This document shows positions 38,430 to 51,010 of a DNA stretch of 64,000 nucleotides, one piece after another (within the stretch, counting starts at the first letter, position 1; each line of letters opens with the position of its first letter). The notes below the pieces were generated by a model. It was not told where the DNA came from, did not search any database, and saw only the letters and a list, made by a program, of their open reading frames with translations. Made by a program: the position numbers and the translations under genes. The stretch lies in NCBI RefSeq assembly GCF_964204645.1, contig NC_134031.1:8990001-9054000 (forward strand), written 5' to 3'. This stretch comes from Tubulanus polymorphus. Its lineage: Eukaryota; Animalia; Nemertea.

Positions 38430-41372
38430 TTTAGCTCCTCCCCAAAACAAACGCATTGAATTTCGAGTATCCAAAGGTTTTCGGCGGCTTTAATTTTGTC
38501 GGCAGACAATTCGTCGAGTTTCTGCGACTCCAAATTTTTGAAATTTGATACGAATCGCGCAACGCGCGCAGTGTGACGTAGTAGTTGGGTTAGTGAACTG
38601 AAATGCTGTAAATCAATGATCTGACTAATCCCGACTGTTTCCGCGGTTACTTTATTAGCACTTTCTGTATGTTATTCGACCTCGCTTTCGGTATCTATTG
38701 TCGCGCATGCGTTAGTTGTTTCCAATCGCGAGATAGGCCAGTCTCCATGTTTAAGCCAGAGTGGACCATTCCACAATAACGTAGAATCAATTAACTGATC
38801 AGTTTCGATTCCCCGGGTTAAGAGATCCGCAGGGTTGTCCACGGTGGGACAGTAGCGATGTGATTCGAATTTGAACGAACGAATTTCCCGAATTCGGTTC
38901 TCAACGAAACTCAGCAATCTCCTTTCAGACCTTAGCCACGTTTCAAGTATAAGACGGCGCCATAGGCTCAGGGACTGGCGTCCGCAAAACAGTGTAACAC
39001 GCATGGCTCGGTGCCATCAACAGAACGGTTCTTGAAGAATTCTCTATTTACTTCGATATCCCTAACGCGCAACAAGTCTGATTACAGAATACGCCACTTT
39101 TCTGAGAGATCAGCGTTAAGTTGATCGTCCCAGTCTAAGTTATTCTTCCAAAGTTCTTGGATGAGAATCTTTGATTTAATGTGTACTGGTGCTATGTAAC
39201 GGATGGTAGAGTGTGGCTACCTTTCTGATGACTTCTCGTTTGGTGAACAGAATCGATTCAGAGGTTAACACAGTGTTTTTCTTGTAACCTAACTTGTCAG
39301 ATATTACGTTCCAAGTTAGGCCAAGAATATCGATTTCGAGTTCAGGATACCGTCGCGTGCGGCTCGATGCCGAATTTCAACACAATTACTGGTCCATTCG
39401 CATAACTTAAAACCAGCAGATTTCATCGTCGTAATATTCGGTCGCTTCTTTGACGTCGTTTACACATGTTACTACGTTGTCGACGTATATCTTATCTCGG
39501 AGATCACGTGCTACGTTCGATTGATGTTGTTCAAGATGAGCTTTGATGACGGAATTCAGAATAAATGGTGAACATGCTGCATCGACGGACTTGAATCGGT
39601 AAACAATCAGCTCCGTGTCTGGATTGATTATTCATTGAGACTGGGCGCGATGTGGCTTGACCGACAGCTGCAGTCATAAATCGGTTCGTGCGAATCCTTC
39701 TTGACGGCGTGGTGCGGAATATAATGCCCACAGGAATTGTCATTGTCGTTTACGCGTTTCGATGAATTCCCGCGCTTCTTGTTCGACGATTATGCGGTCG
39801 TAAATGCGGAGCATATTTGGCGGTAAACGTTTAGCCATAGAGCGTGTTCTCTTTTTCACGATTTCGCTGTTCGTGGGTAGTGGTGGATGTTCTGGTTTCC
39901 ACGGTAACTTGGCAACGTAATGGTCCCCTTCCTTGCGCAGATAGTCGTCGCGATACGTGTCGAAGCTGATGTCGTCATCATTTGGTGCCTTAATTCCAAG
40001 TCATCCTAGATCCCAAAAGTTTTGGAGTTGATCATTTTTTGTCATGATCAGCATAGTCGTCGCATCTCCTCGCGCGGTATTATTCCGATAGGGCCCCGAC
40101 AGAAGATAGCCCAATTTAGACGCCACGGCTGTGGGTCCATTTCCTTGCATGACGTTGTTCTGCACGATTTCCCAGTAGTAGTCTACCCCGATCAAAATGG
40201 ATATTTGGAATGAATCTTGGTTTGATATGGGATGAGCTAGCTTAAGCCCCTTCAAGTACTGTAGATTCACGAGCGGTGGTTTGATCATGTTCTTGACAGG
40301 TGTTGTAATGGTAGGTACAACCAAAGCAGATATTATGATGTTCCCATGTTCGGTCGTTGCTAAGTTGACCTTCACCTTATCGAAACATTTTTCGCGCGTA
40401 TTTTCATCACCAAAAACTGAAAAGTTGATCAGTTCGCGCGAATCCGTCTTTAGCTTTAATTTTGTAACGAGTTCATATGTTATGAATGAACAAGTTGACC
40501 CTTCGTCGAATAGGATTGTTGCAGTGGCAGTCTGATTATCGTTCGTGTCAGCTAGTTTCGCCACCAGCGTTTTCAGCAGAACTGGTCCATGCTGAGCCAC
40601 GTCATCGGAGCGGTTCTCGGAACAGGTCGAGGCAAAGGACGCATTGACGTTTACGTTTTCGGCATCTGGATTTGATTTCTCGTTTCGACAGAGTAGCATG
40701 TGATGTTTTCGGGTGCAGATTTTGCATCTCCATAAAGACGTACATGTGTGAACTTTATGAGTCCTGAAACAGTTGAAACAGCGGTTATCTTTCCGAATAA
40801 TCTCTTCACGTTTTTCGCAGGTAGAAACTTTCGTACAATCTACCGGGTTGTGTGTACCTTTGCAGAAGGGGCACTGCCTCGGTCTCTTGAAGCTAGTTCT
40901 CGATGGGTGGGTGTTTTTTCTATTTCCTGTTCGAGTGATGAAGGATGCGGTGTGGCTGTACTGATCTTCGGTATACGAGGGTTCAGATAAAGACGAATCA
41001 GTCACCCCGGCTTGAAGAGCATCTATTTCCTTTTCTATCGACGTTCTGTCCATTCACTGTCTCCATGTTCGCGAGTGATTTGTGTCCTTAGACTATTCGG
41101 TAGTTTTTTCATGATTATAGGAATCAGAAGATCGCCGTAGTATTCCTCCGATTTTCCAAACGAGTTCAGTCCGCGAATATGACTTTCTAATATATCATTA
41201 AAACGCCTAATGCTATCTACATTCGATTCTGGCTTTGGTATATCCAAAAGCGCTGTCATTTGAGCGTTTATAACTTTATGATTTTGTCCATACTGTTTGT
41301 TAAGAGTTCGAGAGCTTGTTCGTAATTGTTGTTGGACAGTGATAGTCACGTTATCGTTTTGCTGGCTTCGTC
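38430..41372 (-). mobile_element. Decayed BEL/Pao LTR retrotransposon internal region (gag, Cys/His knuckles, protease, RT, RNase H); no LTRs seen
   Basis: DUF1759-like gag segment; CPFCKGTH..C, CFNCFRTH....C and CKICTRKHHMLLC; protease ILFDEGSTCSFIT and ILIGVDYYW; FVENRIREIR and YCPTVDNPADLLTRG. Many stops, frameshifts and deletions. Confidence 0.92.
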
Positions 41373-41621
41373 TTCGAGTTGAGCTTGAAGATATTGAAAT
41401 TTTTGAATTTCCGTGAGCTGGTTGTTGTCATGTACTACAGATTTAAACGCTTCAAAAAAGGTTATCCAATTGATGATATCCCCATTGAATTTGTCCCACG
41501 TGTTTCTTATCTGACGTTATATGCTGCACTGAACTTTATTTCACAAGACACTGAGGCATAAACAAGAGTACAAATGGTCATTCAGTTCTATAGATGTGTA
41601 CCTCGGCGTTGCCGACAGCAC

Positions 41622-42229
41622 TACAGAAAATATCATTGACATTGGTGCAAAGTCCGGGAAAAATAGCTTTTTCTCAAATCGGATGGATGACCTTGATATA
41701 CTAATAAGCCATGTGCTCAAACTGCAAATTCAATCAAATTTTATTCTGCAAAAAAATATCAAATCCAATTCAATTTTACTTCATTGTACACGGTTAAACA
41801 GCAAATCCAATTCAATTTTGTTTAATTGGGCATATTTCTGAAAATTCAATTCTATTCCGCATTCAAATCACTAAGGCCAAGGGAAAAGATTTATCTGAGG
41901 TATTTGTTCCTGCCAGCTCGATTCGCTGTCTGTGCTACTTATGAAAGCACGATTGAATTGTGTAAATTGTTAGCCTGGGATTGACTAGTCTATCGAGCTG
42001 GGAATGTATTTGGACAAATTTAACCACAGAAGGCATCATTTGCCATTTTATGAAAAGCTGACAGCCTGGCCATAGTGCCCCTTGGGGCTCTTGTCTATGA
42101 TTGTGGTTAGTTTTAAGGTCATTGGTTTTTGTATATGATCAACAGGGGGCATTGAATATTGAAATTGTTATATTGTTGAGCATTTGGTACCTCTCTCAAA
42201 GTGGGCATGGTGTCCCTGGACCCCTAGTT
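41622..42229 (-). mobile_element. Family B fragment (41622-42094) joined to a family A end (42095-42229)
   Basis: Reverse complements of 2741-3190 and of 19628-19765. Confidence 0.7.
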
Positions 42230-44015
42230 TAATTAGGCATAATGGTGCGGTTTCTGATATTTTTTCAATTTCAGGAATCATTTCAAAATTTGTAATTCAC
42301 TTGGAATTCTGGAAGAAAAATTTGCTAGATTTTTGCGGAAATCACATTTTGTCATGCATGGTATCTAGGAAAGGATCAACATAAATTTTTGAGAGCAATC
42401 ATAGGTACAAGGTCTTGGTAGGCCTGCTACAGACAGACTGTTTCTTTGTATCAACAGATAGATAAGATCCCCCTCCAGGTTATAGACACATTTACACATA
42501 GATGGTGAAATGTTTTCATAAGGTTTTCAGAGGTTAGAGGTGATATTGGCTGTCTGACATCAGTTAGCTGGCCGTTACTACTACACAGCTCAGTAAAACT
42601 GAGCTATTATTAGCCATCCTGGAGTTTTTATTTTGATGTCAAGAAAGTACAGTAGACCACGTCGGACACAGGGTTCGGCACAATTTTGCCAACTTAGAAA
42701 AATTCCAAGTTATAGCAAGTCGAATTCTCACTATTTTCCACCAAAAGTCCAAGAATTGATCCCTCAATAATCTACAACCTTATTAAAACAATACAGGACC
42801 GTGGGACTGGAACATCCCGGAACAGCTGACTGAAAGATTGTCAATGGGGAGACAAAATATACAAGCTGGTCAAAAATTATTGAATAATAAAAATGGTCAA
42901 AATGAATAAATAAACAATTTCTTAAAACTAGTTTTTATTTTTATTGAAATGCACGGCTCCATGTATGCTGATAACCATATTAATCTACAAAATGTCGGAT
43001 TATTGTGACAATTTGTTACTATGCAAAAATGAGTGCGGGTGGAAATTTGTGGAAATAATAATGGTGGACTGGTAGAAAATTTATAAAATCTCAAAATTAT
43101 GTTTTCAGCAAATTTTACCTTTAGAAACAAAGTCAAATGCTTTGAAAAATAAGGACAGGACTGTCTTTTTATGATACAATGATATAGGCATATGCTATTA
43201 TGGACACTTATTAAATTTAGGAACTTTTATCCCCATGTCAAATCTCTCGAAAAACCAATGACTGAACTGCCTTTTTATTAGCATCAACTGTGTAGAGGGA
43301 GTAACTTTCTGTTAGCTCTTGGTGGCACAAATTGTAACCAGTCGATATACACAACTGATATTTTGTCATTATGAGGGAAATAGGTATTGGAATTGATATG
43401 GCAAGTTTCATCCATAGGCGCTAAGCTGTTTGGAAGTGCTAGGAGAAAATGTGCAAAACTTCACTGAATTTTTCCCCATTCTACTTATCGATGTTTGACC
43501 TTGTTTCCTGACATCACAGGGAAAGCCCTTCAGAAGGGCATCACTTGGAAATCCCTCTGAAAGGGCTTTCCCAGTGACATCATTATCAAGAACTGTTCTA
43601 CCATGTACTTGTGACTCAAAGGGAAAACCCATTACCATGTATATCATCTAAGTTGAACATGCTTACTACACAATCTACGATGATTTCATCTTCATCAGCT
43701 GTTGATACGTCATTGCAAATCCATGAACAAATCGATTTTTGTGCTCAAAACTAAAATGTACTCAGTTGATCCTACTGGACCCATGGTCCTTTATTATTTT
43801 CGTTATGTTCTTTAAGTTCATAATGCAATATGCGCAATGATTAGGCCAGTGTCCTCTTCTTCCTCTTGGCCAATTATGTCATCATAATATATTACTAATA
43901 TAAACATTGAAAACTTGCCAGTCACCATTTTGGCATAAACATTTTTTCTTCTTTTCTAGAATCCTGATTGTTTATTACTAGGACAGATGCTAAGCTGAGT
44001 TACGTGTCGATTAAG

Positions 44016-44169
44016 ATGAGGTATTTGTCAAATAATAATACATATATGGATGAAACCACTTGTGCGCCATTATGCCAACATCCTTCTTGTTGGTCATCAA
44101 ATCGCAGAATGCAGAAAGGGTTTCCTCGAATGACACAATCCCAAGCTGATTCTGATAGTGAGGAAGAAG
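44016..44169 (+). CDS. C9orf43: C9orf43 / DUF4647-like protein, first coding exon (exon starts at 43960)
   Basis: Strong polypyrimidine acceptor TTTTTTCTTCTTTTCTAG, upstream in-frame TGA, and G|GTATGA donor. MRYLSNNNTYMDETTCAPLCQHPSCWSSNRRMQKGFPRM resembles the C9orf43 N-terminus as I recall it (DETTC..CQHPQCW..IRRIERGHPRI). Confidence 0.75.
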
Positions 44170-45862
44170 GTATGATCGGTCAATAATGAGTTTTATTTGT
44201 TAAGTCGATACAATAAAGGCCTAAGTGAATATAAAGAGTAATTTTTGTGTGGATTTGCAGCATTGTTGTGTGATATTTTGTATCAAACGATTGAAAAAAA
44301 GTGGTATGTTTGTCACCTCAAGTTGTTGCTGTTATGGGTCCAAAAATCGAATTTTTGCTAACAAATGAGGTTGTAACTTTGACCCAAAGTCATGTCATCC
44401 ACTATGTTTATGTGCAGCATGTAGCTAAAATCTGGTGTAAATTTCATTAACACGTTCGAGAAATCGACGAATTTGTGGCGATTTAAAAAAAATTCCAAGG
44501 AGCATTTTTGTTTCATAAAATGTCTAGAAGGCTGTTGTACATCGTTAAATTGATGTAAAATAAATGCTCCCAGGGCAGCCAACAAATGTAAGGGCATATT
44601 CGATTATACAATGCAGACAAACTGGTCTGTTAATCTGCTCGAATATTCCTGTGCCATTTTTAGATTCAGCGCAGTTAAATCTATTAGTATAAAACAGAGT
44701 GCTGAATTCGTGTTGACCGCTATCTCCTCCGAGTGTGAAATGATTCACGGGCTAAGGTCTGCATTTAGTTGGCTGTTATAACGGCAGCTAAGTTGCAACT
44801 GCTTTTGAAGGCTATTGATGAAGCCTAAATTGGGTAAATTGGCAATTTTATGCCGTTTTTGGGGATTTTAGCGATGTAGTGTGACGTCATCTTGATCTAC
44901 TAACGTAAACAACACGAGCAGAATTGTTTAACATTTGCTGTTGAATTAACAAGTGGGCTTTTTATATATTACTGATTCAACATATAAAATACTCCAATGA
45001 GAAAACTACAAAAGAAGAAATAAAATTGACTTTTCATTTTATGATTTTTCATTTGCTGTGCTGAAAATTGCATGTTGCGGAGTTGTGATGATAGCACCCT
45101 TGTTTTAGTAACATGTGAAGCTCACCAAAATCAACGAAGCCTTTAATCTAGATAAAAGATATTCTGTTAATATAAAAAGATTTGTTAGGAAATATTTGAA
45201 CAAAAATTAATTATGCACACGCTCGGGATTATCTTGACGAAAAAAACGTTTGTATCAATATGCAGATGAATTTTAAACAATTATTATTTATTCGCATTAA
45301 AAACACCATACATGTCGACCAATATTGTGTAGTATATAGTTGAATTTGAACTCTCCATCTCACTGCGGCTGGCTCGCTACGTTCCCGCCTATGCGTGGGA
45401 ACCGTCCTATTGGCCTCGGCGTCTTGTTTGCACTACTGCTTGATGCTATGGTTATATTGAGACGGTTACGCAATAGGGAAGCCACAATCCGCGCCCTCTC
45501 TCGAACGGTGTGGTGAAAGCTGCCTCCCCAATAATACTACGAGGGTAGGTTGACTGTCGCTTCTGTCCGGCGAATAGATACTGCTCACACCTACATAGTG
45601 TTCATGTCAAGCTGTTGCACTGTCACGTAAAAATTAATAGACAATTCATCAAAAAGCCGAACTTGATAAACCTGACCACACAGAAAGAATCTGTTTAGTT
45701 GTAGAATGTTATAAACTTTATCAGCTCATTTCTAAACTGCCGGGTCTGATATAGTAAAATATCATTGATCATGGTTTAAAAAAGTAATGTACAAGGTAGA
45801 TATGTGGGCGGCTGTATCAACTATTACGCTCAACAATGAGTGGAGAGACAAGGTATCAATTT

Positions 45863-46765
45863 TTTAGCCTTAGGTCTTGGCTTTGAATCCTGAAAATTCG
45901 GACAGAGTTTGTATGGAACTAAGAATATTTTCTCATCTCCCAATACAACTAGATTTGATTTCAGCTTCAGCAACAAAAATATGAATATGACATCAGAGAT
46001 GCTTTTGATTTAACAAAACCTTATAATTCATAAGGAGGTTTATAATTTATAATGATTATATGTATTTCATTTCAAAATCTATTAGGCCTACTATAAATGG
46101 TTTACGTATTTACCTTCTCTTCCTTCTCTTCCCAACCAAGTTTGTCATTTAAAATCTAATTACCTATACTTTCATAACATGCATTTCCTTTTATGTCAAG
46201 TATAAGCTGATAGAGCACCTTACTAAACCAATGTATGGTCTAGTATCGTGGATATGATTAACTCCTCCAATTCACTAACAGTGCCCATGTGCACCTTGTT
46301 TAGCCTTAGGTCTTGGCTTTGAATCCTGAAAATCCGGACAGAGTTTGTATGGAACTTAGAATACTTTCTCATCTCCTGATACAGCTAGATTTTTCAGCTT
46401 CAGCAACAAAAATATATATATATATATATATATGACATCTGAGATGCTTTTGATTTAACGAAACCTTATATTTTATTAGGAGGCTCATAATTCATAATGA
46501 TTATATGTATTTCATTTCAAAATCTATAAGGCCTACTTAAGATAGGTTACGTATTTACCTTCTCTTCCTTGTATAAACAACTTTTTGTCATTTGAAATCC
46601 AATTACCTTATACTTTTATAACATGCATTTCCTTTTATGTCAAGTATAAGCTGATAGAGCACCTTACTAAACCAATGTATGGTCTAGTATGGTGGATATG
46701 ATTAACTCAATCAATTCTCTAACTTCTGCGCTGAATCTAACAGTGCCCATGGGCACGTTGTTTAG
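45863..46765 (+). repeat. Tandem duplication with about 436-bp period
   Basis: TTTAGCCTTAGGTCTTGGCTTTGAATCC at 45863 and 46299. Each unit ends in a GTGCCCATG(T/G)GCAC hairpin. Confidence 0.9.
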
Positions 46766-46789
46766 TATTTACTTTCTCATTTCCCATTT

Positions 46790-47533
46790 ATTGTGGTCGT
46801 AAATTCCAGGATTTGAAACGATATAATATTGCTTTTATTGCTGTTTGCCGTAACCCGGCCGACCCGACTTCAAAGGTACCGAGTGAAAACTTTTTTTCTG
46901 GGATTCATTGAAATAAATTTTATTTTTGATAAAAACGGCCGACCGACCCACTGCCTACGTATGAGCTACGTATTATATATGTTTGAATTCAAGTGTGCGT
47001 CGTGTGAAAACATGCCTTGTCAATGTGGCCTAATTTACGTTTTCCAGGAAACTGGCAGTGTTCCAATAAGCTGCCATTCATTCTCATAGTGACTATATCA
47101 AAGCTGGTAACGTAAAACCGCGCACATATTCAATGTACTGTTTCATTTTTACGCAGAGATGACGCTCTGGACGAATTTAAAATAATTCTCAAAATCTACG
47201 CTATTAGACAAATTTCCCGTGCACAACGTAGATGATTTTTGCAATATTGTTTCCATGTAAAAAGGTGATAAATTTGTTTTTTTTGCCCAAAAATTTAGCA
47301 AAAAAAAATTTTTCTTACCTACCGACTCATCCTGAAAAGTTGAGTCGGTGTTACGGCAAACAGACAATTATTTTGGGATGCCCTTATTTGAATATTTTTT
47401 TCATATTGTGAAACATATTTTTTTGGAAAATATAAAATAATTTCCCTGCCACGCCTACCTGTACCCTACAAACTTTTGGACGTGGACCGTAACCAAATGT
47501 ATATCTTTGGTCTTATTTGACTACAAAATAATT
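46790..47533 (+). repeat. Partial duplicate of E1 including the Harbinger MITE and its flank
   Basis: Near-identical to 35638-36340, preceded by a match to 35470-35506. Confidence 0.88.
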
Positions 47534-47957
47534 ACATGGCTGCTTAATCAATCAACAGTTACTAATTGCCCTCAATTCAGTCAATTACACTAGCAAATCA
47601 ATTAATTTGATATTTTTAAAAATCGAAATATGCAATTTCATGTATACACTATTCCTGATTCTTGATGAAAAAAGCACTGTGTCAGTGGTCGGGGAAGATT
47701 TTGCAAGTGCTATTTCTTTGTCTGCAACTGGTATCTTTAAATCAAACTGGTGTGGTGGGTTTATAAAAATATCAAACGAAATTTACCAACCGAATAAATA
47801 ATGGCCAATCCCTATTTTGATATCAATAGAACGGAAACAGTGATAGGGTTTGGGGTTGACAATCGTTTTGTTATCCTTTTTGTACCATTTCACAATAAAA
47901 TTTTTTATAGGCTGCGTAATCGGCATTCACTATAGGTTTCACTTGTCTTTGTATTTT

Positions 47958-49189
47958 TAGGCCACTTGGGACTTTAGTCCCAGCGGGATATTGCGTTCAC
48001 TTTTCGTCCGTCGTCCGTCCGTCCGTAGAGGGAATCCTGTTATTTTGGGAAGTTTTGAAGACGCAATGTAATGTCTTGATATTTGGTTCATACATGTATC
48101 TACCCTAGACACATCTTCAGCCCAAAAACTGGCCCTGTCACAATCAAGATGGCTGAATGGCAGCCATTGTTGTTCGCCAAAATCAGCACTTTTCCAAATT
48201 TTTTAACTTTTTGAGGGAAATTTTGAAGACGCTTTGATCAATTATCTTGATCTGTCATATGTATTTGAATCCCCCCAGGGCCCATCAGCATAGAAAAATT
48301 GGATCGATCGGACTCAGATGGCCGTCCTATGACCTTTTTAGTGCCCAAAAATGTCAATTATGGCCCAAATTCTGAGTCCTGTAGCTTCCTACTGGTTTGC
48401 CATTTCTCATTGCAATTTGTAATGGGTCTTCTTTGGAAAGGGATGTTTTTTACCTGAGACAGGTATTTTTGATCAGCCAATTATGGGGCATTTGGCGGCC
48501 ATCTTGGCATCATCAGTACTCATTCATAGGTGGGAAAAAGTTTTTCCACATTATATTGATACCTAAGCATATTTTTGTTACAACAATCAATTGGAAGGTT
48601 GTAGCTCATAACATCGTCTATGATTGAGGTGAGTTTTAAGGTCATTGGTTTTTGTATATGGCCACCAGGGGGCGTTGAATAATACAATAACTTAGTATTT
48701 CTATATTATATTTGTACCTACGCATATTTTGTTACCACAATCAATTACAAAGTTGTAGCTCATGACATCGTCTATGATTGTGTTGAGTTTCAAGGACATT
48801 AGTTAGAATAGTAGAATAACTTAGTATTTCCTTATTTGATTGGTACCTAGGGATATTTTGTTACCATGATCAATTGCAGAGTTGTAGTTCATGACATGTT
48901 CTATGATTGGGGTGAGTTTCAAGGTCATTGGGTTTTGCATATGGTCACCAGGGGGCGTTGAATAGTAGAATAAGTTATTATTTCCATATTGAATTGGTAA
49001 CAAGGCATATTTTGTTATCACAATCAATTACAGAATCATAGCTGCTGACATATTCTATGATTGTGGTGAGTTTCAAGGTCATTGGTTTTTGTATATGGTC
49101 ACCAGGGGGTGTTGAATATTGAAATTGTAAGAATGATGAGCATTTGAAACCACTTCCCAAGTGGGCATGGTGTCCCTGGACCCCTAGTT
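47958..49189 (-). mobile_element. Helentron-type family A, complete
   Basis: Reverse complement of 19628-20890. The empty site is visible at about 55668. Confidence 0.85.
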
Positions 49190-49865
49190 ACAATTGTGAC
49201 CAGGTTAAGCGTCCCTTGCCCGTTTTATGCATCGACGATTCATACTGGTTTCCATTTCCAATTTACTGTGGACATCTTTCCACATGGCCGATTTATGACT
49301 TACTTTTGACACAGGAACTCTCCGTGTACAAGAAAAATCAAAAACTGTTTGACATGATTTCATGAAATTGGGCAATCTATGATTCAAGATGGTCGAATTA
49401 TCACCTATTTTTGACATGTGTACGTGATAACTAAAAGATCGTTTGAGAAAATTTCATGAAATGTATATTAGGTGTGTATGATAGTATAATGTAAAATGAT
49501 GTTCATGTTTTGAACTTGTTATTGTTACGCTGTCTTCTGTACTGATTGTAGATGCTTCCTCTGTTTCTTCACTGCCCTGGGATTTTGTGATAAAAGCTGC
49601 GTGTATGAGTGTGCATTTTGACACAACTATGTTTATTTTCTACTTGGGTCAATAGCACAGAAATCAGGAACTTGTGTGCGTGAACCGAGCATAGTAAACT
49701 CTGTTGCATGTGGTGAATGACTTTACTGCCATATTGCCAACAGTGATGTGTACGCAACTACTTATTTACACTGTCCCTATATCATCTGGTTATTAGCCCC
49801 ACAATTCATTCCACATCCCAATGGTCCCACATCTGATTAGTTCAACGTCTAAATGGTCCCTCAAT

Positions 49866-50958
49866 TTTTGGTTTACCTTTGTCAGCGATATGAAGTTGGC
49901 ATTGAGCCAATTCATGTAAAATCGCAGTACGTTTTTTTATGGGAGCATTTGTTTCATTGGTTCTCGGCTTAAACGACGTATAATCGATGCAATTGAAGAC
50001 ATTGCGAACATCCATCGATGACAAGGTCAACATTGTTAAAATTCTACGAAAAACTTTTTGGTGGGAAAATTCTTAGCTCTCGCGTATAAAATTGCAATGA
50101 CCTCGATTGGAGGGCGTTGTCTCTACGAGAGAATGTGAATGGCTGTTTTTGGGATATACGGGGAATTCCAGCGCAACTAAAATAATTATGGGAAAGCCAT
50201 AGAGTGGCGAACGTATCATTGGACTAGGTGCCGTATGCGTGCGAATTTCAAATGCTCATTGCTGGTGAGAATGTAATTATTATCCGGTATTGTTTCATTT
50301 TAATACCCGGTGATTGATTTGATTGACATTGAAGTGTAAGCGAACATTCACTTACACAAGGCTTCCACGTGCGCGCGGAAATCATTAGATTAGACTTGCA
50401 CACACAAACACACGCGCGTACAGTATACACTACTACATGTATAGTGATACTGTAACGCTGCTTGCTGGCGCGTTTGATATTTCATCAGCAGAAGATGAGC
50501 GCTGTGTTTTCTGTTTGATAGAATTTGTAATAAGTTGTAATTTCTTGTGACCTGAAAATACTAAGCAGCAAACTATAGCTATAGGTCGAGGTCTGAATAT
50601 TGTAGTGGTAAATTCCAGGATTTAAAACGATCTAATACGCCGATTTCTTACTGCACCGGTATTTTAGCTTCCGCGGCCATACATTCAGCCACCCTCTGAT
50701 ATGTGACATCATATGAATTTTATTTGAATATTTTTTCATATTATGAATAATATTTCCTTGAAAATATAAAATAGTTTCCATGCCGCGCCTACCTGTACCC
50801 TACAAAAAGAAAGATAAAATACAATATTTAAACTTTTAAACTTGTAGAACTTTGAAGTCACGAATTAAAAAGATTTTAAAGATTTTTCAAGCAATGCCCT
50901 TACCCCAAACAACCTCTAGCTTTCAAGGTAAACCACACTTTGCCCATGGGCAATTTAT
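49866..50958 (+). mobile_element. Helentron-type family E, copy 2
   Basis: Same termini as E1, with no nested inserts. Confidence 0.78.
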
Positions 50959-51010
50959 TTCATTTGTGTTGCGCCCGAGATATAAAGATCCGTTGATCTC
51001 TTGTTATAAA

